DNA of 64,000 bases from an uncultured Bacteroidota bacterium (GTDB taxonomy: Bacteria; Bacteroidota; Bacteroidia; JABEUT01). Below, piece after piece: positions 36,481-47,500 of the stretch. The translations under genes and the position numbers were made by a program. Every line of letters begins with the position of its first letter. Position 1 is the stretch's first letter. A model generated the notes under the pieces. That model searched no databases, was not told the origin of the DNA, and worked only from the letters and a program-made list of their open reading frames with translations. Where the stretch lies: positions 125,171-189,170 of the forward strand of contig CAVYDB010000049.1 in the NCBI GenBank assembly GCA_963767125.1, given 5' to 3'.

Positions 36481-39068
36481 TGTCCTTCAGGTTTCTTTCT
36501 GAATTGCATATAGAGGAACCCAAAACAACCACCAAGAAGAATAAGGGAACTTGCCAGCGAAATTTTTTCTCCCACAAAATATTGGTAAGGATGGAATTTA
36601 AATTCTATTTTATGGTTGCCTGCCGGAATAATCATCCCTCTCAATAAATAATCCACTTGAATATATTCCGCAGGTTGGTCATCAATATAGGCATGCCAGC
36701 CATCGGGGTAATATATTTCAGAAAACACCGCCAGCCGCTCTGTAGTAGAATGAGAAACATAATTCAGGTCATTCGGTTCGTAGGAAGTCATTTTAATAAC
36801 CGCGGTAGAATCGTGCGGCTGAAAAGTATTTATTTTCAGGTAACTGCTGAAACGTTTATCTACAATAGCTGTATTGGCTGGTTGAAAATTATAGAGAGCG
36901 ACCATTTCAGAATCCGCATTATCTACTTTCCTGCAATTATCTACAAACCAGGCATTACCCAAAGCACCGGGAATGGGAGCTGCTACTTTTTCTCCACCTT
37001 TAACTTCTACAATAGCATATTTTGTGTTCAGCATATTTAATACACTTAAATACGCCGGCTGCCCGCTAAGGGCATGGTATATTTCTCTCATCTCTCTCTC
37101 TACCTGGTAGGTCATCAATTCATCGTAACGCTTCATTTTTGCGCCGCTATATCCCCCAAGAGATTTATGGTAGTAGGAGGTAATTCCATCCATATCGGGG
37201 CGAACGGTGGTATTTAAAACCCGGTAGTCAAGAGTGGTGTCTTTCAATATTTGTAAATCTGCTTCACTGGGCTGAAATTCCTCACTGGTAGGGCGTTTGG
37301 TTTTAAAATTATCATCGCCCAGGTAGCGCTTATCCAACGGAAACATATCGGCTATAATAAAAATTCCCAGCACCGCTGTAAACCATTTCCAGTCGATAAT
37401 TTTTTTCATATAAAGCCAGGCAAGTAATGCAGCAAGTAAAATGAAAATAGAGCTACGGGCTGCATCTGCGGTAAATACTTTCGTTCTCACCTGTATCACA
37501 TAAGGCATCATTTGCTCTATAGCTTCCCGGTATTGTTTTATTTCACCGGAAGGTAATTGCTGCCCTGAATCCTCTTGTATTTCCTGTAATTTTTGGTTTA
37601 CCTCATCGGTCTTTTGCATGCTGGTGAAGGTAGTTGGAATAATAAATGCAAACACCGTAAATCCACCTACCACAATTAGAGAAGCGAAGAAAATATTTCT
37701 GCCTGACATTTGTCTTTTACCAAACAAAACAGGCATTTTTTCTTCCAGAAATTTCTTGTCTTTCAAAATTTTGTCCATAGCAAGCACGGCAAGCAAAGGA
37801 ATGGCAAGCTCTGCCATTACCAATATCATAGAGACTGACCTGAACTTATTATACCCCGGGAAATACTGGAAAAAGAAATCGGTAAGCGAGAGGAAATTAC
37901 TTCCCCAGGAAAGCATGACAGACAAAATGGTGCTGAAAAATACAAACCATTTTAATGGTCCTTTTATAATAAATAAACCTAAAAAAGCAAAGAAGCAAAT
38001 AATAGCTCCCACATATACCGGACCTGATGTACCGGGCTGGTCGCCCCAATACTGGTTGAAGTTACCAACATTCTCCCTATACTCTTCAGGAACATTTTTC
38101 ATAGCATCTTTATCAGCGCCTAACGCTTTATCGCCGCCGCCCTGGTAATTAGGAATCAGAAAAGCAAAAGTTTCAGGTATCCCATAACTCCATTGGGTGG
38201 CATAGTTTACTGTTAATCCGGCTGTTTTGCTTTCGCCGTTTAACGTAAGGTCAGATTTTCCACGGGTAGAATACTTTCCATAATCATAGGTAAGCCAAAG
38301 GCTGGTAATATCTGTTCCAATAGCTATGAATGCAGCAACTCCAAGCACAGCAACTGTTTTAAAATAAGCAGGAAGCAACTTAACCCTTAACGCACGGAAA
38401 AATTCAATAGCCCCATAAATAAGCACCATCATAAATAGGTAATAGGTTATTTGAGGATGGTCGGAATACAGTTCCAGTGCAAGGGCTAAGGCTGTAAGCA
38501 CTGCACCTTGTAACCTCTTGCCTTTAAAGGCAAGTATTACTCCTGCTAGTACAGGAGCCATAAAGGCAATAGCATTAGCTTTTGAATTATGACCTACAGC
38601 AAGTATGATAAAAAAATAAGACGAAAATCCATACGCCAGCGAACCCACAATGGCAACCCATGGATTAATATCCAACACAAGGAGCAGGATATAAAATCCC
38701 ATGCAATAGAGAAAGAAAATGCTACAAGGGAAAGGGATAAATTTGAGCAATGCCAGCCAGATAAAGCGTATCAGGTTAGAAGGATATTCGGTGGACATGG
38801 GATACGCCGGCATACCGCCAAACACGGAGTTAGTCCAAAGGGGCTCGGTATGGTATTTGGCACGGAAAGTAACTATTTCATGCACGGTTCCCAAAAACTG
38901 GGTTATATCACTTTGTGAAAGCACCATACCCTTTAATGCCGGAAAAAAATAGGCTATGCCTACCAATGAAAAAATAACAAATGCAGCAATATGGGGAAAC
39001 CATTTGCTGAATTTGCCGGGCGGCTTAGGTGCAGGATTATATTGAGTGGGCTTAGTGGCGCTTTTCAT
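36477..39068 (-). CDS. YfhO-family polytopic membrane glycosyltransferase
   Basis: ...LSQSDITQFLGTVHEIVTFRAKYHTEPLWTNSVFGGMPAY... shows YfhO N-terminal motifs, with many TM helices and a large C-terminal periplasmic domain. The start was chosen at the ATG at 39068. Confidence 0.8.
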   Translation of the reverse strand: MKSATKPTQYNPAPKPPGKFSKWFPHIAAFVIFSLVGIAYFFPALKGMVLSQSDITQFLGTVHEIVTFRAKYHTEPLWTNSVFGGMPAYPMSTEYPSNLIRFIWLALLKFIPFPCSIFFLYCMGFYILLLVLDINPWVAIVGSLAYGFSSYFFIILAVGHNSKANAIAFMAPVLAGVILAFKGKRLQGAVLTALALALELYSDHPQITYYLFMMVLIYGAIEFFRALRVKLLPAYFKTVAVLGVAAFIAIGTDITSLWLTYDYGKYSTRGKSDLTLNGESKTAGLTVNYATQWSYGIPETFAFLIPNYQGGGDKALGADKDAMKNVPEEYRENVGNFNQYWGDQPGTSGPVYVGAIICFFAFLGLFIIKGPLKWFVFFSTILSVMLSWGSNFLSLTDFFFQYFPGYNKFRSVSMILVMAELAIPLLAVLAMDKILKDKKFLEEKMPVLFGKRQMSGRNIFFASLIVVGGFTVFAFIIPTTFTSMQKTDEVNQKLQEIQEDSGQQLPSGEIKQYREAIEQMMPYVIQVRTKVFTADAARSSIFILLAALLAWLYMKKIIDWKWFTAVLGIFIIADMFPLDKRYLGDDNFKTKRPTSEEFQPSEADLQILKDTTLDYRVLNTTVRPDMDGITSYYHKSLGGYSGAKMKRYDELMTYQVEREMREIYHALSGQPAYLSVLNMLNTKYAIVEVKGGEKVAAPIPGALGNAWFVDNCRKVDNADSEMVALYNFQPANTAIVDKRFSSYLKINTFQPHDSTAVIKMTSYEPNDLNYVSHSTTERLAVFSEIYYPDGWHAYIDDQPAEYIQVDYLLRGMIIPAGNHKIEFKFHPYQYFVGEKISLASSLILLGGCFGFLYMQFRKKPEGQ

Positions 39069-39301
39069 ACAATTTATAAAAGAGCAAAGATAGAATTCTT
39101 TTATTTTCTGATGCCAATAGACCCACCCACTTCGATAGTAATATAAAACAGCGAAAAACGGTGTAACAAGTTGCAAATTATGAGTTATCCCCGCCCTTTC
39201 TCTATACTTTTTTACCTTGAGCATTTTGCACCTATGGTGCAAAATATGTGTAGTATTCAGTTCACGAAAAATAACGAACTCCCTCAGGAAATCCCTCCCC
39301 T

Positions 39302-39901
39302 CTACTGGTGTTTTGCAAGAATAATAACCGTATAACTTATATACTTATTGGAAGTAGTGGCATGAACATAGCCAATGCCCACATCTGTAAGCGAGCCATT
39401 ATAATCACCTTCTCCAAGTACTAATTGTCTCCCGTTAGGGTCCTGATTATCAAAATTTATCACAATATCTTTAATGGCTATATCACCGGAAGGCGCACCG
39501 CCCTGAATGGCTTCCAGGTTACTTTGCTTTTTATCTTTTAACTGGTCATCGGCTAAAGGATATGATTTGTTGATGTAATAATTAATGCCATTTCCATCCG
39601 GGTCCACATGCCCGAAATACCCCCTGTAAGCCATGCTCATAGCTTTACGCTCAGCCACCGCAGTAAGGGAGTCATTTAATATAAGGTCAAAACGGGGGGA
39701 AATACCCTTGAGTGATTTTCCATAACGCCCGGTAAATGAATTAGGGTCTTTACGTACTTTATTTAAGGTTTCCAATGCCTTTTGTTCCTGTAGTTTGTCT
39801 ATATACATTCCTCTTCCGGGGTTGGCTATAAAAGAGGGTAAAAGAAGGCAGGAAGCTGCCAGGAAAGTGATGCCTGAGATAATGGAAAGTTTGCGCAACA
39901 T
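39302..39901 (-). CDS. Secreted CAP/SCP/PR-1-like domain protein
   Basis: It has a signal peptide and the CAP motif (...AMSMAYRGYFGHVDPDGNG...). Confidence 0.65.
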   Translation of the reverse strand: MLRKLSIISGITFLAASCLLLPSFIANPGRGMYIDKLQEQKALETLNKVRKDPNSFTGRYGKSLKGISPRFDLILNDSLTAVAERKAMSMAYRGYFGHVDPDGNGINYYINKSYPLADDQLKDKKQSNLEAIQGGAPSGDIAIKDIVINFDNQDPNGRQLVLGEGDYNGSLTDVGIGYVHATTSNKYISYTVIILAKHQ

Positions 39902-40046
39902 AGATGTGTTATTTTAATGTGATTTTTTTGATTTGACAAATGTAATAATTAATGAAATTACATCACCACTTAAAATGATTTCTAACATTAAATTAAAGAG
40001 AAGAGGCTGTGAGACAATTCATTTTTCAACTCACAGAAACATTTAT

Positions 40047-40280
40047 TTATAACAGGCTTACATTAAAACCTGAAATAAATTCTTCCACCCTTCTTTTAGC
40101 TGCTGCTTCATGTATTGCCTCCCCAATGACTTCGTTCAGTCTTTCGTCCTTCAGTTTGTAATATACACTTTCACCGCTAAGGGTAATTTTATATTCAATA
40201 AAACCCGGTGGAACCGCTTGAATTTCTCTACCGGCTTTCGTAATCTCGTTGTCTGTGATGTTATATTGAAAGTATTTCAT
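40047..40280 (-). CDS. Hypothetical small protein (77 aa)
   Basis: Called from the ORF alone. Confidence 0.3.
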   Translation of the reverse strand: MKYFQYNITDNEITKAGREIQAVPPGFIEYKITLSGESVYYKLKDERLNEVIGEAIHEAAAKRRVEEFISGFNVSLL

Positions 40281-40335
40281 AATGTTGGATTTTGTAAGTC
40301 AAAGTTCGGAAATTATTTCCATTTACTAATTAATG

Positions 40336-41181
40336 TTAGGTGGAGTAAAGTGCTTTTACCACCTCCAAAGCCCTTTCCGGGTAATCGGTTATTATTCCCT
40401 CAACCCCCATTTTCAGGTGGCGCAGTATATCGTTTTTTTCATTTTCTGTCCATACCAGCGATTTCATTCCCAGTTCATGTATGCGGTTAACCCATTTTTC
40501 AGAAGTGAGTTTATGGTAAGACCCACAAGTATTCGGTGTGAAAGAAAGTGCTTTCATTCTTCGCTTTATGAAGCGAGGGCTACGGACAAGCATACCCAGC
40601 ATAAACCCTGGATTATTTTTATGAATAACATTCAGCGGGCGCATATCAAAAGACTGTATAAGTACCCGGTCGTTAATGCCAAATGGTAAAAGTTCATCCA
40701 TTACCAGCTTGGTAAACTCTACTGGCGAAGGATGTAATTTATTATCAGTAATCCAGTTGCTTTTTATTTCTATAATGTAGATTGGCTTATTTAAGTTATT
40801 AGCTTTTTTCAGTTCTTCTTCCACCTGTTGAATAGCTTCTGAAAGCAAAGGCTTATATGAAGCAGTTTTCTTTTGCTGAGAAAACCCCGGATTACCCCGT
40901 GCCCCGCAATCGTAGCGTTTTATTTCCTCATAATTCATGCGGTAAAGGTTTTTTCTTCTCAGAAAACTTACGTTGGAAAGATTTGGCTTGGTGCAGGTTT
41001 TAGGATTCATCCAGGGCTCATGCGACACTACTACCTTTTTATCTTTGGAAATCACCACATCTAATTCAATCCCATCCAAGCCCAGACCGGCAGCATATTC
41101 AAAACCCCGGAGTGTATTCTCAGGAAACACTCCCCTTGCCCCTCTATGCCCATAAATAGCTGCCATGCTCATTAATTCCAT
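40336..41181 (-). CDS. Glycerophosphodiester phosphodiesterase (GDPD family)
   Basis: The catalytic motifs IYGHRGARG...ENTLRGFEYAAGLGLDGIELDVVISKDKKVVVSHEPW are present. Confidence 0.85.
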   Translation of the reverse strand: MELMSMAAIYGHRGARGVFPENTLRGFEYAAGLGLDGIELDVVISKDKKVVVSHEPWMNPKTCTKPNLSNVSFLRRKNLYRMNYEEIKRYDCGARGNPGFSQQKKTASYKPLLSEAIQQVEEELKKANNLNKPIYIIEIKSNWITDNKLHPSPVEFTKLVMDELLPFGINDRVLIQSFDMRPLNVIHKNNPGFMLGMLVRSPRFIKRRMKALSFTPNTCGSYHKLTSEKWVNRIHELGMKSLVWTENEKNDILRHLKMGVEGIITDYPERALEVVKALYST

Positions 41182-41328
41182 TCAAACATACGCCTTTTTA
41201 ACCTACATCGAGAAGTTATAAGTTATAATGAAAACCGTTTACAAGTCAATTTGACATAACTTATAACTCCCAACTTATAACTATCACGGCTATAATAGTT
41301 ACTTTTGCCAGTTCAATTTTAGAAAGCT

Positions 41329-42756
41329 GTGGATACTGAAAATACCAAACGCCTCGAATATTTTGAAAAATCTGCCAAGAAAACCCCCCGTAAAGGGTGG
41401 CTAAACAGGTATTATTGGAAAGACATTACCTTTTTTTGCAATTACTTCTCTCATGAAGATTTATCGGTTATTGAAATTGGCTGTGCCACGGGGGAACTGA
41501 TAGGAAATATCCGTTGCAAAAGAAAGGTAGGTATTGACTTTAGCCCCTCAATGATTGAAGCCGGCAAAAAACAATTTCCCGAGGTAGAATTCCATTGCAT
41601 GAATGCTGAAGATATCCAGTTAAATGAAAAATTTGACCTTATAATCCTTTCCAATTTAGCCGGTCACCTCGATGATGTGGAAAAAGCATTCCGTGAACTA
41701 AATAAACTTTGCCACGCGGAAACGAAGGTCATCGTTAGTTATTACAATTACCTCTGGGAACCACTGTTAAAATTAGCTGAAATACTGGGTATTAAGTCAG
41801 CCCCCTATAATCAAAACTGGCTTACCCATAAAGATATTAATAACTTGCTTTATATTTCCGGATTTGATGTTTATCGCAATGTAAAGCGTATGTTTTTACC
41901 TGTGTATATCCCTTTGCTATCTCCTTTATTTAATCGTTATATAGCCAAGCTTCCTATTTTCCAGTATTTCTGCATAAATCAATTTGCCTTTGCCAAACTT
42001 ACCCCGGAGATTACCGCAGAAGAAGCGGATAAAAAATACTCCATATCAGTAGTTATCCCGGCAAGAAACGAAAGCGGCAATATTGAAAATGCCATTAAGA
42101 GGCTTCCCAAGTTAGGCAAACACACTGAAATAATTTTTATTGAAGGAAACTCTACCGATGATACCTGGGATAAAATACAGGAAATGCAAAAAAAATATGC
42201 CGCCACTCATGATATTAAAATTGACCGGCAGAAAGGAAAAGGAAAGGGAGATGCCGTGCGGCTTGGCTTTGATATTGCCAATGGTGATATTTTAACCATC
42301 CTTGATGCCGACCTCACCGTGCCGCCGGAAGATTTGCCTAAATTTTATAATGCCATTGCTTCGGGGAAAGGAGATTTTATTAATGGCTCCCGCCTCGTTT
42401 ATCCTATGGAAAAAGAAGCTATGCGTTTCCTGAATTTGCTGGGAAATAAATTTTTTAGCCTGGCATTTACATGGCTGCTCGACCAGCCTTTTAAAGATAC
42501 CTTATGCGGTACTAAAGTAATTTTTAAAAATGATTACAAACGATTAATAGCCAACCGTAAATTTTTCGGGGACTTTGACCCGTTCGGCGATTTTGATTTG
42601 ATTTTCGGGGCACATAAATTGAACCTTAAAATAATTGAAGTTCCTATCCGATACAGGGAAAGGACCTATGGTGCAACCAATATTTCCCGCTTCAAACATG
42701 GGTTCTTACTGTTAAGGATGTGCGCATTTGCAGCAAGGAAGATAAAGTTTGTGTGA
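41329..42756 (+). CDS. Bifunctional class I SAM-dependent methyltransferase plus GT2 glycosyltransferase (polyprenyl-phosphate sugar synthase-like)
   Basis: The methyltransferase motif I reads VIEIGCATGEL. The GT2 part reads ISVVIPARNESGNIENAI...ILDADLTVPPEDL. Confidence 0.8.
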   Translation: MDTENTKRLEYFEKSAKKTPRKGWLNRYYWKDITFFCNYFSHEDLSVIEIGCATGELIGNIRCKRKVGIDFSPSMIEAGKKQFPEVEFHCMNAEDIQLNEKFDLIILSNLAGHLDDVEKAFRELNKLCHAETKVIVSYYNYLWEPLLKLAEILGIKSAPYNQNWLTHKDINNLLYISGFDVYRNVKRMFLPVYIPLLSPLFNRYIAKLPIFQYFCINQFAFAKLTPEITAEEADKKYSISVVIPARNESGNIENAIKRLPKLGKHTEIIFIEGNSTDDTWDKIQEMQKKYAATHDIKIDRQKGKGKGDAVRLGFDIANGDILTILDADLTVPPEDLPKFYNAIASGKGDFINGSRLVYPMEKEAMRFLNLLGNKFFSLAFTWLLDQPFKDTLCGTKVIFKNDYKRLIANRKFFGDFDPFGDFDLIFGAHKLNLKIIEVPIRYRERTYGATNISRFKHGFLLLRMCAFAARKIKFV

Positions 42757-42766
42757 ATACAATGGA

Positions 42767-42866
42767 ACGCAGATGACGCAGATTACTTAGGATGAACACA
42801 GGTTTATACTATTTTTTAAATCATATTTATCTTATGCAATCTGCGTCATCTGCGTTTCATTTCTAA
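42767..42866. repeat. Second copy of the MITE-like inverted-repeat element (arms GAACGCAGATGACGCAGATTAC / GCAATCTGCGTCATCTGCGTTTC)
   Basis: The ~22-bp arms flank a ~50-bp AT-rich spacer and share their core with 36368-36480. Confidence 0.6.
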
Positions 42867-42874
42867 ATTAAAAT

Positions 42875-44230
42875 ATGGCAAAAGTAAAAAGCGCTTTTTT
42901 CTGCCAGAATTGTGGTGCCCAATCACCCAAATGGATTGGTAAATGCCCCTCCTGCGGGGAATGGAATACGTATGTAGAAGAGGTAATACAGGCGGAAGTA
43001 AAGACTACTAACGCCTTTGCTGCTGCTACCGATAAGCCTCATTTAATTTCTGAATTGGAGAGTAGCAGCACCGTACGCATCACCATGCCCGATAATGAAT
43101 TAAACCGGGTTCTTGGCGATGGTCTTGTACCGGGTTCTCTTACATTATTTGGAGGGGAGCCGGGCATTGGTAAATCTACCTTGCTGATGCAAGTGGCGCT
43201 GGCGCTTAAAAACCTGAAAGTGCTTTACATCTCGGGGGAGGAAAGCCAGGAACAATTGCATTTAAGGGCGAAGCGTATCGGTATTAAAAACCAACAGTGC
43301 TATATCCTTACGGAAACTTTATTGCAAAATATATTTCAGCAGGCGGAAAAATTGCAGCCCCAGCTTCTTATTATTGATTCCATTCAAACACTTTTCACCA
43401 GCCAGATAGATTCCTCTCCCGGCAGTATATCGCAGGTGCGGCAATGCACCGCCGACCTGATGCGCTATGCAAAAACCACTCAGGTACCTGTGTTCATCAT
43501 CGGGCATATTACCAAGGATGGGGCTTTGGCCGGACCTAAGGTATTAGAGCACATGGTTGATACGGTATTGCAGTTTGAAGGCGACACTCACCACCTTTAC
43601 CGTTTGCTGAGAACTACGAAAAACCGTTTCGGCTCCACCAACGAGTTAGGTATTTATGAAATGACAAACACAGGACTGCGTGAGGTAAGCAACCCCTCGG
43701 AAGTGCTTATTACCGCCCGCGAAGAAGCTGTAAGTGGCGTAGCTATTGCTGCTATTACCGAAGGGGCGAGACCCCTGCTGATAGAAACTCAGGCATTAGT
43801 TAGTTCGGCGGTATATGGCACTCCCCAGCGTTCTTCTACAGGGTACGATTTACGCCGTCTTTCTATGATGCTGGCTGTACTGGAGAAACGTTGCGGGTTC
43901 AGGTTAGGGGCGAAAGATGTATTCTTAAATATTGCAGGTGGTATTAAAGTGGAGGACCCTGCAACCGACCTTGCTATTGTTACAGCCATACTTTCTTCAA
44001 GTGAAGAAATACCTGTCTCTCCTAAATTTTGTTTTGCAGCAGAGATTGGGCTTTCCGGTGAAATACGCCCCGTAAACCGTATTGAGCAACGCATTTCGGA
44101 AGCCGAGAAAATGGGCTTTGAACAAATATTTATTTCCCGGTACAATAAAAAAAGCCTGCCCGAGAAAATTTCTATTAAAGTTCAGACCGTAGGAAAAATG
44201 GAAGAGTTTTTCGGGAAGGTGTTTGGATAG
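42875..44230 (+). CDS. radA: DNA repair protein RadA/Sms
   Basis: It has a Zn-finger (CQNCGAQSPKWIGKCPSCGEWNT), a Walker A motif (GGEPGIGKSTLLMQ), a KNRFG motif and a Lon-like C-terminal domain. Confidence 0.95.
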   Translation: MAKVKSAFFCQNCGAQSPKWIGKCPSCGEWNTYVEEVIQAEVKTTNAFAAATDKPHLISELESSSTVRITMPDNELNRVLGDGLVPGSLTLFGGEPGIGKSTLLMQVALALKNLKVLYISGEESQEQLHLRAKRIGIKNQQCYILTETLLQNIFQQAEKLQPQLLIIDSIQTLFTSQIDSSPGSISQVRQCTADLMRYAKTTQVPVFIIGHITKDGALAGPKVLEHMVDTVLQFEGDTHHLYRLLRTTKNRFGSTNELGIYEMTNTGLREVSNPSEVLITAREEAVSGVAIAAITEGARPLLIETQALVSSAVYGTPQRSSTGYDLRRLSMMLAVLEKRCGFRLGAKDVFLNIAGGIKVEDPATDLAIVTAILSSSEEIPVSPKFCFAAEIGLSGEIRPVNRIEQRISEAEKMGFEQIFISRYNKKSLPEKISIKVQTVGKMEEFFGKVFG

Positions 44231-44282
44231 GCCCTTCTTTAAAAGATATGTTCTTTAAAATACTCTTGAAATTCCCAAAGTA

Positions 44283-44330
44283 AAAAAACGGCATAAAACG
44301 GCATAAATCCAACTACTTAACATTCAGATT
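44283..44330 (+). repeat. Short intergenic repeat AAAAACGGCATAAAACGGCA...ACTACTTAAYA. An inverted copy lies at 22960-23012 and a related core at 30190-30210 and 48510-48525.
   Basis: The matches were read directly from the sequence. Confidence 0.5.
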
Positions 44331-44507
44331 ATGAGGCTATTCCCCAAGGCCTGTGTCCCTATTGGGCTACAGAGGGGGTATTTATATAATCTAAATACAT
44401 AAAAATAAACAACAATTTATTGCTATTTTTACTTGCCATGCCCCCCTCTTTACTTTCACTAAAAGGGGGAGAGCCGGTCCGAATTGCCTGGCCCGGCGGG
44501 CATTACT

Positions 44508-47500
44508 TTATCTTTCTACCACTATTTTTCCTTCTCCCACCAATTTTCCGGTCTCTTTTAAAACCCTGTACAAATAGATTCCATTGGGTTGAGAAGACAA
44601 ATTAATAATGTTGTCACCCTGAACTTGATTCAGGGTCGCAAAATATATTTTCTCTCCCAACACATTATAGATTTCAATTCCACTTTGTGATGCCGAAACA
44701 AGTTCGGCATCACTGAGTGAAATTGTAAATATACCCTGAGAAGGATTCGGATAAACCGTCAATCCTCCATTTTCCCCTTTCAACTCATTCGTTTCGGTAG
44801 AAACCGGAATATTCACACACACACTTTGCATACATCCGTTAGCATCGGTAACTGTGCAGCAATAATCCCCGGCACATTGGTTTTTTATGGTATCGGTTGT
44901 TAGCCCGCTTGGGTTCCAGTTGTAGGTATATGGATTGACGCCTCCATTCACCCTGACCCATGCAGTGCCGTTGCAGCTTCCATTATCTTTTGACGAATCG
45001 GCGGCGATGTTTAGGGTAGAAGGTTGGGTAACAGTAACAGATACCCAAGCCATGCAGCTATTACTATCGGTAGCTGTAATGCTATATGTACCTGCGCTCA
45101 ACCCCGTAGCGGTTGCGGTTGTTTGGCTATTGGCATCACTCCACAAATAACTATAGGGGGGTACTCCTCCGGATGTTCTTGAAAATGCAATGCCATTATT
45201 TCCTCCATAACAACTTACATTTACACTATCTCTCACATATATAGCTATAAAGTTTGGTATCCAGACTAATAGATTACCAAAACCTATAGAACTAAGGCCA
45301 CAATTGTCTGTAATATAAACACTATAATATCCTAACGTTAGTCCGGTAATAGTTGAAGTTGTTCCACCCTGCGACCATGAATAAGTATAAGGCGGAGTTC
45401 CCCCGGTAACCATAGCACTAGCCATGCCGCCCGTAGTGTCTGCATAGCAAGGCACATTCACGGCTATTGCTGAACCGCCCAGGGGTGCCGGTTGGGTAAC
45501 AGTGGCGGAAGTTGTAGTAGTGCAGCCCCTGCTATCTGTAACAGTAACAGTATAAATTCCCCCGCTCAGTCTCGAGGCTGTAGCCGAAGTTTGACTGGCA
45601 GCATCGCTCCATAAATAAGTGTACGGACTACTTCCACCGCTTACCGTTATAGTAACGCTGCCATTATTTATTCCTTGACAACGCGCATTATTAATAGCAG
45701 TGATAGAGTCAGTTAATAAAAGTGGTTGGGTAATAGTAACTGATGTAGTGGCTGTACAACCTAAACTATCTTCCACAGCTACAGTATATACCCCTGCGCT
45801 TAACCCGGTTGCTGTTTCGGTGGTTTCCCCATTAGACCATAGATAGGTATAAGGTGGAAATGTTCCATAGGTATATGAAATGGTTACAAACCCATTTCCG
45901 GTGTCTGTTGCAGTAACAATTGGAGATGTATTAATAAAATATGAGCCGCCCCCACCGCCGCCAAGATTACCACCACCACCGCCATTGTACCCACCACCGC
46001 CACCGCCAAACCCCGCTGCATTATCTAAATCGGTGGAATACCCACCGCCGCCGCCGCCGCCAAAGCCGCCAACTCCTTCACCGGGATAACCGATAACTTC
46101 TGAAAAAATATTTGCTTCATCCTTGCCCCCCTGTGCCTTTCTGATTCCCCCTGCATTTTCACCATTGCTAAGCCAACCGCCACCGGCGCCGGGACCTGAC
46201 CCGGGAGGACCCCCAGATACCAGAAAAGTGATGCCACCATTACCATCTATGCCTCCGGTATCGCTTCCGCCAATGCCATTAGTGGTTGCATTATTTACAA
46301 GATTGATTCCTCCTGAACCTCCGGTGTAAAATAGACCAGAATCTGAACCACTGGCGTAACTTCCACCTCCACCTCCTCCTGCTGTAGCCAAAAGACCGGC
46401 AGTTCCCGAAGGATTGTAAAGAACTATATTGGAATCATATACCCAACTGGCGCCGCCGCCGCCGCCGGCAAACGTTCCACTGCCACCCTTTTGACCGACT
46501 ACAACAGAAAGATCATCGCCCGGGATTACCATGCATGTGCCGGTGAAGGATGCTCCGTTGCCGCCAGCAAGTGAGCCTCCTCTACCCGTAGGATTACCGC
46601 CCCGGGCTCCTCCTATATTTATAGATACGGTATTAATGCCGGGAGGAACTATAAAATGTTGTTCAGCAGAATTAAAAGTGAAATTTATCACCACATTTCC
46701 ACCTCCTGCTACCAATACAGTAGCACTCCCATTATTTCCTCCATGGCAGGTTACATTTGAAATAATAGTTGCAGAATCGCTTGACACATTTGGCAAGGTA
46801 AAAGTATTCGATGCAAATGAGGTACATCCGTTATTATCAGTAATGGTAACAATATAAGTCCCCGCGCTTAGTCCGGTTGCAGTATCGGTTGTTTGGTCGT
46901 TACTGTCATTCCATTGGTAAGTATAGGGTGATGATCCCCCTGTAACCGAAACAGAAATACTCCCATTTGAACTATTACAATTAGTTACATTGCTGATAAT
47001 AGTTGTGGTGACTCCAATGGCAGCAGGCTGGGTAATGGTGATAGCAGCCGAACCGGTCAATCCTGTATTATCCGTCACAGTTACCGTATATGTTCCTGCA
47101 CGTAACCCGCTTGCTATTGAATCGCTTCCCCCGCTTGGAGACCAGAAATAGGTATAGGGAGGAGTGCCACTATTTTCTGTAACAGATGCACTGCCGTCGC
47201 TGCGGCTGTTGCAGGTTACGTTATTAATAGTGGTGGTGGTTGAATTGAAAAGAACAAAACTGAATATATTCCCAAGCCCATATGCCCCTCCTGTTTGGTC
47301 AATTCCGTAACATATATTATTAGAAAGAATTAGGGAACCTGTGGGGTTAGCACCTATATAAGAACCTGTGTCACCAGTGAAATCCATCAGATCTTTATAA
47401 TTTGTCCCATTGGTTCGAACCGAAAATATATTTCCATATCCATGTGTTCCTCCGTAACTGGCCGTTCCGTAAAGAATGTTGCCAGAAAGAGTAAGGGAGC

